From a virus (taxonomy: Duplodnaviria; Caudoviricetes), in IMG/VR virus record IMGVR_UViG_3300042527_000115, positions 1 through 62,090 of that record: 62,090 bases of DNA; one strand, 5' to 3'. Shown one piece after another: positions 1 through 8,794 of the stretch. The notes under the pieces are model-generated. The model searched no databases. It had not been told where the DNA came from and saw only the letters and a list, made by a program, of their open reading frames with translations. Position numbers and translations under genes: made by a program. The first letter of the stretch is position 1. Every line of letters begins with the position of its first letter.

Positions 1-221
1 CGAGCCGGCCACGCCTGCTGACCTGAATGAGACCTCCCTTGAGGCGGCTGTTATTCAGATCGCTGCATGGACGGATGAGCGTGGTCTGCTGATTGCTGCC
101 AAGCCCAAGAAGCTGATTGTTCCGCCCGCACTGATGTTCGTGGCGACCCGTCTGCTTGAGACTGAGCTTCGCGTAGCTACGGCTGACAACGACATCAACG
201 CCATCAAGAACAATGGTTCTA
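1..221. repeat. Terminal direct repeat (circular assembly overlap), copy 1
   Basis: Identical to 61870-62090 except T94 vs C61963 (ATT/ATC, both Ile). Confidence 0.97.
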
Positions 222-442
222 TCCCCGAGGGTTACACAGTTAACCACTATCTGACGGATACGAACGCATGGTTCCTGACGACAGACGTTCCCAACGGTAT
301 GAAGCACTTTGTCCGTACCCCGCTGCAAAACAGCATGGACGGTGACTTCGACACCGGTAACGTCCGTTACAAGGCTCGTGAGCGTTACAGCTTCGGCTTT
401 AGTGATCCGCTTGGAATGTTCGGTTCGCCGGGCGCTTCCTAA
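1..442 (+). CDS. Major capsid protein, 3' part (joins 61400..61869 across the origin; 303 aa total)
   Basis: Frame continues from the window end: ...NEPATPADLNETSLEAAVIQ...DGDFDTGNVRYKARERYSFGFSDPLGMFGSPGAS; Mu gpT-like/HK97-type MCP signature; follows the scaffold and decoration genes. Confidence 0.92.
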   Translation, partial: EPATPADLNETSLEAAVIQIAAWTDERGLLIAAKPKKLIVPPALMFVATRLLETELRVATADNDINAIKNNGSIPEGYTVNHYLTDTNAWFLTTDVPNGMKHFVRTPLQNSMDGDFDTGNVRYKARERYSFGFSDPLGMFGSPGAS

Positions 443-450
443 GCGTAAGG

Positions 451-478
451 AAAAGGGGGTTGCAAAACCCCCTTTTTT
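451..478 (+). terminator. Rho-independent terminator after MCP
   Basis: AAAAGGGGGT-TGCAAA-ACCCCCTTTTTT. Confidence 0.85.
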
Positions 479-498
479 CTGTATTCTGTCGTTTAAGT

Positions 499-553
499 CT
501 AGGATTTTTACCTGTACCGACTGGCCTAGCAGACTTAGTAGAGACGGTGCGGG
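499..553 (+). promoter_or_regulatory. Candidate pseudoknotted leader RNA
   Basis: Stem 511-519/545-553 with G-U pairs; CTG/CAG mini-stem whose loop CCTAG (525-529) complements CTAGG (499-503). Confidence 0.5.
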
Positions 554-577
554 GATGTGCTACTACACGAGGACAAC

Positions 578-1174
578 ATGGCTCGTACTACCTTTTCAGG
601 CCCAGTCGCGTCTGACAACGGCTTCATTGGAGGCACCGCCTCTTCCCCCATCACAGTAACCACCGCACAAAACATTTCCAGCTCATACGGATCTACATCT
701 GCGACCACTGGTGATACCCGTCTTTCTTATCAGCGTTTAGCCTTTACCTCGACCGGTTCTGGCGAGACTCTTCGCGCTTTCTCAGTTGTGACCGGTGCTT
801 CGGCTGCTACTGGCGGCACGATCAACGGCGCACACATTTCTACGTCGATCAATACGACCGGCACGATCTCTGGCGCTGCTAACGCAATCCGCGCAACTCT
901 TGGCGGCACTGCAACCACCCCGGGCGGTACGCTGGCTGTTCTTCAGCTGGATACCGACTACGGCACCAACGTAACTCTTGGTTCAGCCTCTTCGTTCATT
1001 CGTGTTACGGACAGCGGAACCCAGACTGGTGAAGTTCAGAACCTGTTCAACATTGAGACTGGCCCAGCTGCCACCATTGTTGCAACCGGTACTGTTGGTG
1101 GCACCGCTAAAGGTATCAAGATCCTGATTGGCGGCGTTGCTCACTACATCACCGTTGGTACAAGCATTTCCTAA
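578..1174 (+). CDS. Virion structural protein (MARTTFSGPV N-terminus)
   Basis: RBS GAGG before ATG 578; Thr/Gly/Ala-rich; directly after MCP. Confidence 0.7.
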   Translation: MARTTFSGPVASDNGFIGGTASSPITVTTAQNISSSYGSTSATTGDTRLSYQRLAFTSTGSGETLRAFSVVTGASAATGGTINGAHISTSINTTGTISGAANAIRATLGGTATTPGGTLAVLQLDTDYGTNVTLGSASSFIRVTDSGTQTGEVQNLFNIETGPAATIVATGTVGGTAKGIKILIGGVAHYITVGTSIS

Positions 1175-1347
1175 TGCAGATAACCAAGGAGTTTTTGGAA
1201 ACTGAGATAGCGGCTCTGGAGCAGGAATTAAATAAGGCGCAAGTCTTTCAGATTCAAGCCCAAGCCACTATCGCGGCGTACAAAATGCTAATAAACCGGT
1301 TAGACGCACCCGAACAGGAGAAGCAAGATGCCATCAATGCAGTATGA
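1174..1347 (+). CDS. Small coiled-coil protein (57 aa, not in ORF track)
   Basis: TAATG coupling; MQITKEFLETEIAALEQELNKAQ...DAINAV fills the gap. Confidence 0.65.
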   Translation: MQITKEFLETEIAALEQELNKAQVFQIQAQATIAAYKMLINRLDAPEQEKQDAINAV

Positions 1348-1819
1348 CGTTAAATCGCAATATGCGACTGCGTCTGGCCTAATCATCCCGTACCGCACCC
1401 GACTCAAAGCATTTCTGTTTGGGTCGGCTACAACCAGTCCTGGTATCGTGGGGATGTATGACGACAATTCGATATCTGGAACGTATACCCGTTCAACAAC
1501 AACCGCCACTGTAACTGCTCAAAACCACGGTCTAGTTGTTGGTGAATACACGTTCATAGATTGGTCAGGCGGTACAAACCCAACAGACAACTTTTATCGA
1601 GTTGTCACAGTGGCCGATGCAAACACATTTACCGTAACGGTAGCAGATGCTGGAGATGGTTCTGGTAATGCGCTGGTCTACAACGATGTAATGGTGATTA
1701 GTAAGGTCACCACGGCAAACGACGTTTTTAATATTATTCCTGGCGAGGGCATCCTTGCACGGAAAGGTATCCGGATTTATCTGGAAAACAGTGTTACCGC
1801 AACCATCTACTACGGATAA
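1328..1819 (+). CDS. Virion structural protein
   Basis: Beta-rich, C-terminal ...IPGEGIL...ATIYYG; AGGAG RBS. Confidence 0.65.
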   Translation: MPSMQYDVKSQYATASGLIIPYRTRLKAFLFGSATTSPGIVGMYDDNSISGTYTRSTTTATVTAQNHGLVVGEYTFIDWSGGTNPTDNFYRVVTVADANTFTVTVADAGDGSGNALVYNDVMVISKVTTANDVFNIIPGEGILARKGIRIYLENSVTATIYYG

Positions 1820-1821
1820 CC

Positions 1822-2562
1822 ATGCACCAAGAACAATCCTACGATCTGGTTGGCAGCAAGGTCTTCATTGGCCTGCCTGCTTATGACTTTAAGATAAGCG
1901 TAAAGCTAGCCATTTCGTTAGCAGAGTTCTGTGTCAAGGCACAGGCACACGGTATAGCGGTCCAGTTAGCAAATATTTCTGGATGCTCCGTGGTGTCTCG
2001 TGTCCGTAATAGCATTGCCAAATTGTTCTTGGAATCCAACTGTGACCACCTGCTTATGGTGGACTCAGATATGGTCATTAACGCTGACGATATCTTCCGG
2101 CTCCTGGCATTTAATAAGACCCGTCCGATTGTGGCCGGTGTTGGATGCGCCAGGAAAAAGGAGAAGGTTTACTTCTCCATGCTGGACCAAGACGAAGACG
2201 GAAACATAATGATGGATTCGATGGGCCTTGTCCGAGCCAAGCGGGTTGGAACCGGGTTCATTATGATCCAGCGGGCTGTATTTGAGACTCTGAAAGAAAA
2301 GCATCCAGAGTGGAAATACTACGATCAGAACCATGAGTGCGACATGTATGCCTACTTTGACTTCCTGTTAAATCAGGAAGAAGGCTACATGGGTGAGGAC
2401 TTTGTGTTCTGTGAGCGGGCAAAACAGGCTGGATTTACCGTCTGGATTGACCCAACAATCAAGCTTGGTCACATGGGAGTGCATGAGTTCGAGGGGAACT
2501 TTGGAGAGGATTATCTCTATCCCCGTCTGCGTCCGATTGATGAGAAAAAAGAGGCAGCTTAA
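1822..2562 (+). CDS. GT-A fold (GT2-like) glycosyltransferase
   Basis: IGLPAY, RNSIAKLFL, LMVDSD (DxD), GTGFIMI, GEDFVFC, IKLGHMG motifs. Confidence 0.75.
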   Translation: MHQEQSYDLVGSKVFIGLPAYDFKISVKLAISLAEFCVKAQAHGIAVQLANISGCSVVSRVRNSIAKLFLESNCDHLLMVDSDMVINADDIFRLLAFNKTRPIVAGVGCARKKEKVYFSMLDQDEDGNIMMDSMGLVRAKRVGTGFIMIQRAVFETLKEKHPEWKYYDQNHECDMYAYFDFLLNQEEGYMGEDFVFCERAKQAGFTVWIDPTIKLGHMGVHEFEGNFGEDYLYPRLRPIDEKKEAA

Positions 2563-2855
2563 TGGCTAAGGCTAAGGGCATGGGCATAGCAACCTCGGTG
2601 AAGTCGGGTAACTTCCGCCCCACCAAGCAGGGTGCTGGCATGACCGCCAAGGGCGTTGCCGCATATCGCCGGGCTAATCCTGGCTCAAAGTTACAAACTG
2701 CTGTTACTGAATCAAGCCCTACCGGCAAACGTGCAGCTCGACGGAAATCGTTTTGCGCAAGGATGGAAGGCATGAAGAAATTAGCCAATCCGGAAACCAA
2801 ACGTGATCCAAACAGCCGGTTAAATCAATCTTTGAAACGATGGAGATGCGGTTAA
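2562..2855 (+). CDS. Small basic phage protein
   Basis: RRKSFCARMEG...DPNSRLNQSLKRWRC motif; coupled start. Confidence 0.7.
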   Translation: MAKAKGMGIATSVKSGNFRPTKQGAGMTAKGVAAYRRANPGSKLQTAVTESSPTGKRAARRKSFCARMEGMKKLANPETKRDPNSRLNQSLKRWRCG

Positions 2856-3104
2856 ATGGACTCGGTAGGTATTATTTGGAATGGTCTTCTTACCCTAGCC
2901 GCAGCTTTTTTTGCTCTGGTTGCATATATGGCACAAGAAAAGTTTAGGAAAATAGACCAGATTGAACAGAAACTTAATGAAACACGTGTGGAGGTAGCCC
3001 GTGATCACGTTACTAAAGAAGAAGTTCAGCGAATTACTGAACACATTGATGCAAGGTTTAACCGCCTTGAAGAAAAAATTGACCGACTTATTGGCAAGGG
3101 GTAA
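2856..3104 (+). CDS. Small membrane/coiled-coil protein
   Basis: N-terminal TM helix; RFNRLEEKID C-terminus. Confidence 0.65.
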   Translation: MDSVGIIWNGLLTLAAAFFALVAYMAQEKFRKIDQIEQKLNETRVEVARDHVTKEEVQRITEHIDARFNRLEEKIDRLIGKG

Positions 3105-3380
3105 GTGATGGCCGAGTCTCAGCAAAATTATTATGTTCTTGGGAAACCTGTTACCAAAGAACAATATGATGCTGCAACTAAAAAAATGCAGCAGGAGTCT
3201 GAAGAATTTGATAAAAAAATGCAATCAAGCCAATCGCAAGAAGAAGATGAATTAAATGAATTTGCTAAAAAAGCAAAGCAAAGAATGAAGGGCATGAAAG
3301 CAGGCGGTAAAGTATCTTCTGCCTCTTCTCGTGCTGATGGCATTGCTCAGCGTGGTAAGACCCGTGGAAGGATGGTTTAA
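3105..3380 (+). CDS. Small protein with RADGIAQRGKTRG C-terminal motif
   Basis: Motif shared with the next gene and 3880..4182. Confidence 0.7.
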   Translation: MMAESQQNYYVLGKPVTKEQYDAATKKMQQESEEFDKKMQSSQSQEEDELNEFAKKAKQRMKGMKAGGKVSSASSRADGIAQRGKTRGRMV

Positions 3381-3641
3381 ATGGCCGAGAAATCAGAAAA
3401 GACCAAGGCAATTGAGTCTGCACCTGTAGCAGACGAGGGCCGGTTTGGTATTCCTGGAATGGTTAAAAAAGCCATGACCGGTGCGGCAACGATAGAGGAT
3501 TACATCCGCGATAAGCTCGGCATGAAGCCTGCTGAGGCGCCTACTACTGTTAAGAAAGCTAAGGGTGGCAAGGTTTCTTCTGCTTCAAAGCGAGCTGATG
3601 GAATCGCTCAGCGCGGCAAGACTCGTGGACGGATGGTCTAA
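3381..3641 (+). CDS. Small protein with RADGIAQRGKTRG C-terminal motif
   Basis: C-terminus nearly identical to that of 3105..3380. Confidence 0.7.
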   Translation: MAEKSEKTKAIESAPVADEGRFGIPGMVKKAMTGAATIEDYIRDKLGMKPAEAPTTVKKAKGGKVSSASKRADGIAQRGKTRGRMV

Positions 3642-3883
3642 TGAACAAGCCAGAATCCAAAGATCTGATCTATCGGCCCCCAAAGCCTCCCGCCAAACCA
3701 AAAGAAGTAATGGTTAAAAAAGGCGGCGCAATTAAAGGCCAGAAGAAGGTAGCCACGGTTATGCGCGAATTTAAGGCGGGGAAGCTTAAGTCTTCCTCGG
3801 GGCAAAAGGTTACCAATCCCAAGCAGGCTATTGCTATTGGCCTGAGTGAGGCTGGTATGTCAAAGAAGCGAGGCAAGAAATGA
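3641..3883 (+). CDS. Basic protein, DUF6496-like
   Basis: KVATVMREFKAGKLKSSSG...KQAIAIGLSEA. Confidence 0.65.
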   Translation: MNKPESKDLIYRPPKPPAKPKEVMVKKGGAIKGQKKVATVMREFKAGKLKSSSGQKVTNPKQAIAIGLSEAGMSKKRGKK

Positions 3884-4182
3884 AATACGGAGTTAAAAAG
3901 GTTCTCCCAACCTCTGAGCAAATGGGCAACATGGGCATGAAAAAAGGTGGCGAAATGAAAGAGTCAAAGAAAATGATGGCTAAGGAAGTTTCCTTTATGA
4001 AGAAAAAAGGCGCTCCCAAGTCAATGATTAAACATGAGATGGCCGAGGCCGGTATGAAGCATGGCGGAAAAGCTAAGAAAATGTCCGCTGGTGGCTATAC
4101 CCGTTCAGCTGATGGCATCGCCAAGAAGGGCAAGACCCGTGGCACGATGGTCAAGATGATGGGCGGCGGCAAGGCTTGCTGA
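3880..4182 (+). CDS. Lys/Met/Gly-rich basic protein
   Basis: Repeated MxxGG; ADGIAKKGKTRG motif. Confidence 0.7.
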   Translation: MKYGVKKVLPTSEQMGNMGMKKGGEMKESKKMMAKEVSFMKKKGAPKSMIKHEMAEAGMKHGGKAKKMSAGGYTRSADGIAKKGKTRGTMVKMMGGGKAC

Positions 4183-4183
4183 T

Positions 4184-4465
4184 ATGAGAGCCAGCCGGGG
4201 TATGGGAGCAATCCTCCCATCTAAGATGCCGAGGGCTAAAATTAAGTCCCGCCGGGATGATACTGACTTTACAGAGTACGCTGAGGGTGGAAAGGTTAGC
4301 AAGGTAAATGAAGCCGGAAACTACACCAAACCAGGAATGCGAAAGCGGCTCTTTGAAAGTATTAAGGCTGGTGGAAAAGGAGGTTCGCCTGGCCAGTGGT
4401 CGGCTAGAAAAGCTCAGTTACTGGCAGCCGAGTACAAGAAGGCTGGAGGCGGATACAAAGATTAG
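4184..4465 (+). CDS. Basic protein, DUF5872-like N-terminal half
   Basis: NYTKPGMRKR...PGQWSARKAQLLAAEYKKAGGGY. Confidence 0.65.
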   Translation: MRASRGMGAILPSKMPRAKIKSRRDDTDFTEYAEGGKVSKVNEAGNYTKPGMRKRLFESIKAGGKGGSPGQWSARKAQLLAAEYKKAGGGYKD

Positions 4466-4563
4466 GCGGCCCGTCTTTAACCAGGAAACTGACGGAAATG
4501 TATTTAAATGGCTGATTGCAACATCAGAAGACTTTAGGAAGATAAAACAGCGAGAGAGATGGA

Positions 4564-4824
4564 ATGAGCTTAAAAAAATCTCAGAGAAGCCTAAAGTCCT
4601 GGACGGAGCAAAAGTGGCGGACTAAGAGTGGCAAACCTTCTACGCAAGGATCGCAGGCGACAGGGGAAAGATACCTCCCTTCCTCCGCCATCAAAGCGCT
4701 CTCCTCGTCCGAATATGCGGCCACTACCCGGGCTAAAAGGGCTGGACGAGCTGCTGGAAAGCAATTCGTCTCCCAACCTAAATCCATCGCTGCCAAAACC
4801 GCCAGACACAGGAAAGTAACATGA
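4564..4824 (+). CDS. Basic protein, DUF5872-like C-terminal half
   Basis: QRSLKSWTEQKWRT...GERYLP. Confidence 0.65.
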   Translation: MSLKKSQRSLKSWTEQKWRTKSGKPSTQGSQATGERYLPSSAIKALSSSEYAATTRAKRAGRAAGKQFVSQPKSIAAKTARHRKVT

Positions 4825-5579
4825 CGACATCCGGCACGAATACCTTTAATCCAGATCTAAACGAGATGGCTGAGGAAGCTTTTGAGCGGGCCGGCCGTGA
4901 GATGCGCTCAGGCTATGATCTCCGTACAGCCCGTCGAAGTATCAACCTTATGCTGGCCGACTGGGGTAACCGTGGGATCAACCTCTGGACCATCGAGCAG
5001 GGGACCATCAATTTGTTGCAGGGCGTCAATACTTACGACCTGCCCGTTGATACCGTGGATCTCTTGGATCATGTGATCCGAACCGGGCAAAGTAACCCAA
5101 CTACACAGTCCGACCTGACCATTACCCGGATCAGCTCCTCTACATACGCCACAATCCCCAATAAATTGACCCAGGCAAGGCCGATTCAAGTCTGGGTACA
5201 GCGCCTTACCGGACAGACCTATCCAGCCACCAGTGACTATGCTCCGGGTGCCGTAGCCTATCCCAGGATTACGGTATGGCCCACCCCAAATCAGGGTACC
5301 TTGGCTAGCCCGTACTACCAGTTTGTTTATTGGAGACTGCGCCGGATGCAGGATGCCGGAAACGGGATTAACACGTTTGATATCCCCTGGCGGTTTCTTA
5401 ACTGTTTTGTCGCTGGACTTGCGTACTACATTGCCATGAAAATACCGGAAGGGACACCAAGGCTGGAAATGCTTAAGGCGTCCTACGACGAGGCTTGGAA
5501 TTTAGCGGCGGGAGAAGACAGGGAGAAAGCAGCGGACCGGTTCGTGCCGAGACAGTACTTCATAGGATCGGCATCGTGA
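4821..5579 (+). CDS. Head-tail adaptor/connector protein
   Basis: EEAFERAG...ARRSINLMLADWGNRGINLW...WPTP...GLAYYIA pattern; position in module. Confidence 0.65.
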   Translation: MTTSGTNTFNPDLNEMAEEAFERAGREMRSGYDLRTARRSINLMLADWGNRGINLWTIEQGTINLLQGVNTYDLPVDTVDLLDHVIRTGQSNPTTQSDLTITRISSSTYATIPNKLTQARPIQVWVQRLTGQTYPATSDYAPGAVAYPRITVWPTPNQGTLASPYYQFVYWRLRRMQDAGNGINTFDIPWRFLNCFVAGLAYYIAMKIPEGTPRLEMLKASYDEAWNLAAGEDREKAADRFVPRQYFIGSAS

Positions 5580-5580
5580 T

Positions 5581-5931
5581 ATGGGTAACAGGTTCGCTAG
5601 TGGTAAATGGGCAATATCGGAATGCGACATTTGTGGCTTCCGGTACAAACTAAAGGAGTTAGCGCAGCTCGTAATTAAGACAAAGAACGTAAATATCCTG
5701 GCCTGCCCGGAGTGTTGGAACCCGGATCAGCCGCAGCTCCAGCTGGGAATGTACCCGGTTGATGACCCCCAGGCGCTGCGCAATCCCCGTCCAGACTTCA
5801 CCGGTTACCCCCAGAGCCGTTCTTTGACCTTACAGTTGCAGATTGGACCGATAGAGCCTGGAGATACTTTTGCAATAGGCCAGGTTATAGGGTTTGGTGG
5901 TGTAGGACAGGTAACGATCAACATTACGTAG
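5581..5931 (+). CDS. Zn-ribbon virion-module protein
   Basis: CDIC...CPEC; DPQALRNPRPD. Confidence 0.65.
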   Translation: MGNRFASGKWAISECDICGFRYKLKELAQLVIKTKNVNILACPECWNPDQPQLQLGMYPVDDPQALRNPRPDFTGYPQSRSLTLQLQIGPIEPGDTFAIGQVIGFGGVGQVTINIT

Positions 5932-5940
5932 GAGTAGGAA

Positions 5941-6126
5941 ATGGATAAATCAGCAATGAAAAAGGTCGCCAAGGCCGAAGTAAAGGGCCATGAAAAGCGC
6001 ATGCACGGTAAAGGTTACCGCGCTGGCGGCAAGACCAATCTGGAAATGAAGAAGCTCGGGCGTGGCTTGGCAAAGGTTGCCAACCAGATGTCGCCTGTCC
6101 GTAAAGTCCGCGCAACGGGGATCTAA
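5941..6126 (+). CDS. Small basic protein
   Basis: RBS; YRAGG motif. Confidence 0.6.
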   Translation: MDKSAMKKVAKAEVKGHEKRMHGKGYRAGGKTNLEMKKLGRGLAKVANQMSPVRKVRATGI

Positions 6127-6127
6127 C

Positions 6128-6325
6128 ATGGATACCGATAAGTTCAACTACTTCTCGCCTGAGACCAAAGATCCTATTGGCAAGTACACCCAGCCAAAGG
6201 ATTATGATCAGGCCGATACTGGCAACAATGGTTACCCCAACGCTATTCCCAGCACCCAGACTCAAAAGACTCGCGGTACTGGAGCAGCAACCAAGGCGAC
6301 CAAGCACAGCACAAAGATGGGCTAA
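6128..6325 (+). CDS. Small protein (RGTGAATK motif)
   Basis: ATG 6128 directly after the previous stop. Confidence 0.6.
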   Translation: MDTDKFNYFSPETKDPIGKYTQPKDYDQADTGNNGYPNAIPSTQTQKTRGTGAATKATKHSTKMG

Positions 6326-6958
6326 ATGAACTACACCCAGTTAAAAGCCAACATAGCCGACTACTGTGAAAACACGTTCACAGAGGACGAGTTTGCTACG
6401 TTTACCCAGTTAGCCGAGCAGCGGATCTACAACAGCTGCCAGCCTCCGGCCATTCGTAAGAATGTGACCGGTCAGACTACGGCTAACAATAAGTATCTGG
6501 AGCAGCCTTCGGATTTCTTGTACACCTATTCACTAGCGGTCATTGATCCGACAACCGGGGCGTATGAGTATCTACTTAACAAAGATGTTAACTACATCCG
6601 CCAGGCGTTTCCTTTTCCGGCTGTAACTGGTAAGCCCACGCATTACGCTTACTTTGACGAAAACACGTTTATTCTTGGCCCAACCCCAAACGCAACGTAC
6701 ACGATGGAGCTGCACTATGGCTATTACCCAGCGAGTATCGTTACGGCTGGGACTTCGTGGCTAGGTGATAACTTTGACTCTGCGCTATTTAACGGCGCTA
6801 TGGTCGAGGCGATCACCTTTATGAAGGGAGAGCCGGACCTGGTCAAACTGTACGAGGATCGGTATATCCAGTCGATTGCCCTGTTGAAGAACATGGCAGA
6901 CGGCAAACTGCGTGAAGATGCCTATCGTGATGGGCAAGTTAAGGTTAGGGTGGCTTAA
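6326..6958 (+). CDS. Phage adaptor / tail tubular protein A-like
   Basis: MNYTQLK..I..Y.E, AEQRIY, GKPTHYA, ILGPTP motifs. Confidence 0.65.
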   Translation: MNYTQLKANIADYCENTFTEDEFATFTQLAEQRIYNSCQPPAIRKNVTGQTTANNKYLEQPSDFLYTYSLAVIDPTTGAYEYLLNKDVNYIRQAFPFPAVTGKPTHYAYFDENTFILGPTPNATYTMELHYGYYPASIVTAGTSWLGDNFDSALFNGAMVEAITFMKGEPDLVKLYEDRYIQSIALLKNMADGKLREDAYRDGQVKVRVA

Positions 6959-7245
6959 TGTTTTCGACATCTGGTGGCGCACTTTTAGGTCAAATCACAG
7001 CTAAGGGGGTCTCCGGTCGGGGATTTACTCCAGAGGAATTGGCCGAAAACGCCGTAGATCGGATTATTTCTATTAGCGCAACCGCAGATCCTGTGATTCG
7101 TCAACAGGCTGAAGCGTTTCGCGATCACATTCGTATGGTGCTGGTGAGCTATGGCAATCAGTGCGTCAGATCAAATCACACCACGATTTCTAACCGTCTC
7201 CGCGATGCGGGACATTCTGAATTAACTAAACTTTTGGAGAACTAA
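6958..7245 (+). CDS. Hypothetical virion-module protein
   Basis: Coupled ORF; GRGFTPEELA...PVIRQQAEAFR. Confidence 0.6.
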   Translation: MFSTSGGALLGQITAKGVSGRGFTPEELAENAVDRIISISATADPVIRQQAEAFRDHIRMVLVSYGNQCVRSNHTTISNRLRDAGHSELTKLLEN

Positions 7246-7246
7246 A

Positions 7247-7708
7247 ATGGCTGGATTTACTACTGCTATGCCGACTTCCTTCAAGGTGGAAATCCTGAAG
7301 GCTGTTCACAACTTTACCGCTTCGACCGGCAATACTTTCAAGATTGCTCTGGGCAAGTCAACTGCTACTGTTACTGGCACATACAACGCTGCCACAACCA
7401 GCTACGACACCCTGTCGTCAAACTCTGACGAGCTGGCCAACGGTAACGGCTACACCACGGGTGGCGCTACGCTGACCTCGGTTACCCCGGTTGCTGATGG
7501 CACTACCGCAGTCTGCGATTTTGATAACTACACTTGGACTTCCGCAACCTTCACAACCTCTGGCGGCATCATTTATAACGACACCGCTACTGGAAATCCG
7601 GCTTGCGCAATTCTGAGCTTCGGTGGCGATCAGCAGGTTTCTTCGGGCGACTTCCAGATTCAGTTCCCCGCAGCAGCTGCCGCTACCGCGATCATTCGTA
7701 TCGCCTAA
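7247..7708 (+). CDS. Tail/tail-fibre associated structural protein
   Basis: GNGYTTGGATL...FGGD...F.IQFP...AIIRIA; GGAG RBS. Confidence 0.65.
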   Translation: MAGFTTAMPTSFKVEILKAVHNFTASTGNTFKIALGKSTATVTGTYNAATTSYDTLSSNSDELANGNGYTTGGATLTSVTPVADGTTAVCDFDNYTWTSATFTTSGGIIYNDTATGNPACAILSFGGDQQVSSGDFQIQFPAAAAATAIIRIA

Positions 7709-7717
7709 GAGTAAGAC

Positions 7718-8785
7718 ATGCCGGTATATGCTGGCTGGGGTGAAGTCCCTTGGGGTGATGGTACCTGGGGACTTGACCTCTATTATTACCAGGTAACCGG
7801 CGTTTCAGGATCCGGGGCCGTAGGCTCCGTGTCCTTCCAAATAACATCTAATGTCACCGGGGTTGCCGGAACAGGTGCGGTTGGTGATGAGACCCCGCTT
7901 GTTTCTTATACTCAGTCCGGTGTCAGCGCAACAGGTGCAGTAAACAATGTTGCAACGCAAATCCTAAAACTTGTCATCCCAACCGGGGTAGAAGGAACCG
8001 GGGCAGTAGCAGCTCCGGCCAACTATCTCTTAACCGAAACTCCAAACGGGGCCAGCGGCACAGGGGCGGTTGGGGATGTACTGATCAAGATTGATGACGC
8101 TCTGATCGTCAATGGCGTCCAGGGTACCGGAGCCGTGGGCGATGCCCAGATGGTTGAGGTGTTTGACCGGACCGTCTACTTCGATGGTTGGGGATCAATC
8201 AACTGGGGTGGCGGAGGCTGGGGTAACGGCTCTATATCGGTGGCCGGAACCGGAGATATTGGATCGGTCACCTTCCAGACCAATGATGCTTACATCCCAG
8301 ACGGCGTCCAAGGTACAGGTGCCATCGGTACGGTTTCCTTCAGCGTTGGGGAAAACATCATTCCGACTGGGGTACAGGGAACTGGTCAGGTAGGAACCAC
8401 CACCCCGGCAATTTCATACACACCGACTGGAGTACAAGGAACCGGTGCGGTATCTGCCGGCATCTTTGTATTTGAGGTAATGGTTACTGGAGTTGGGGCT
8501 ACCGGAGCGGTTGGGACGGTAACACCTCAATTCGACGAGACCGTCATCCCAACCGGGGTTTCTGGAACAGGTGCGGTTAGTGCGGCTACACCAACGCCCA
8601 CGGCCAAGCCTACCGGAGTATCTGGGACTGGGGCTATCGGAACGGTTGAAATTGAGATAGACGATAGTAAACTTGTAACCGGAGTTGCCGGAACCGGCGC
8701 TGTCGGAACAGTTTTGATTAGAGGTTGGACGATTATTAATGACGCTCAGGCAGCAAACTGGGAACAAATCAACACAGCAGCATAA
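7718..8785 (+). CDS. Tail protein with tandem GVxGTGAVG repeats
   Basis: More than a dozen ~20-aa repeats plus GWG..WG..WG motifs. Confidence 0.7.
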   Translation: MPVYAGWGEVPWGDGTWGLDLYYYQVTGVSGSGAVGSVSFQITSNVTGVAGTGAVGDETPLVSYTQSGVSATGAVNNVATQILKLVIPTGVEGTGAVAAPANYLLTETPNGASGTGAVGDVLIKIDDALIVNGVQGTGAVGDAQMVEVFDRTVYFDGWGSINWGGGGWGNGSISVAGTGDIGSVTFQTNDAYIPDGVQGTGAIGTVSFSVGENIIPTGVQGTGQVGTTTPAISYTPTGVQGTGAVSAGIFVFEVMVTGVGATGAVGTVTPQFDETVIPTGVSGTGAVSAATPTPTAKPTGVSGTGAIGTVEIEIDDSKLVTGVAGTGAVGTVLIRGWTIINDAQAANWEQINTAA

Positions 8786-8794
8786 GGATCAAAC

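Noticed and set aside
7718-8785. Nucleotide repeats as a DGR or non-coding array
   Set aside because: Explained by in-frame GVxGTGAVG protein repeats; no reverse transcriptase in the genome
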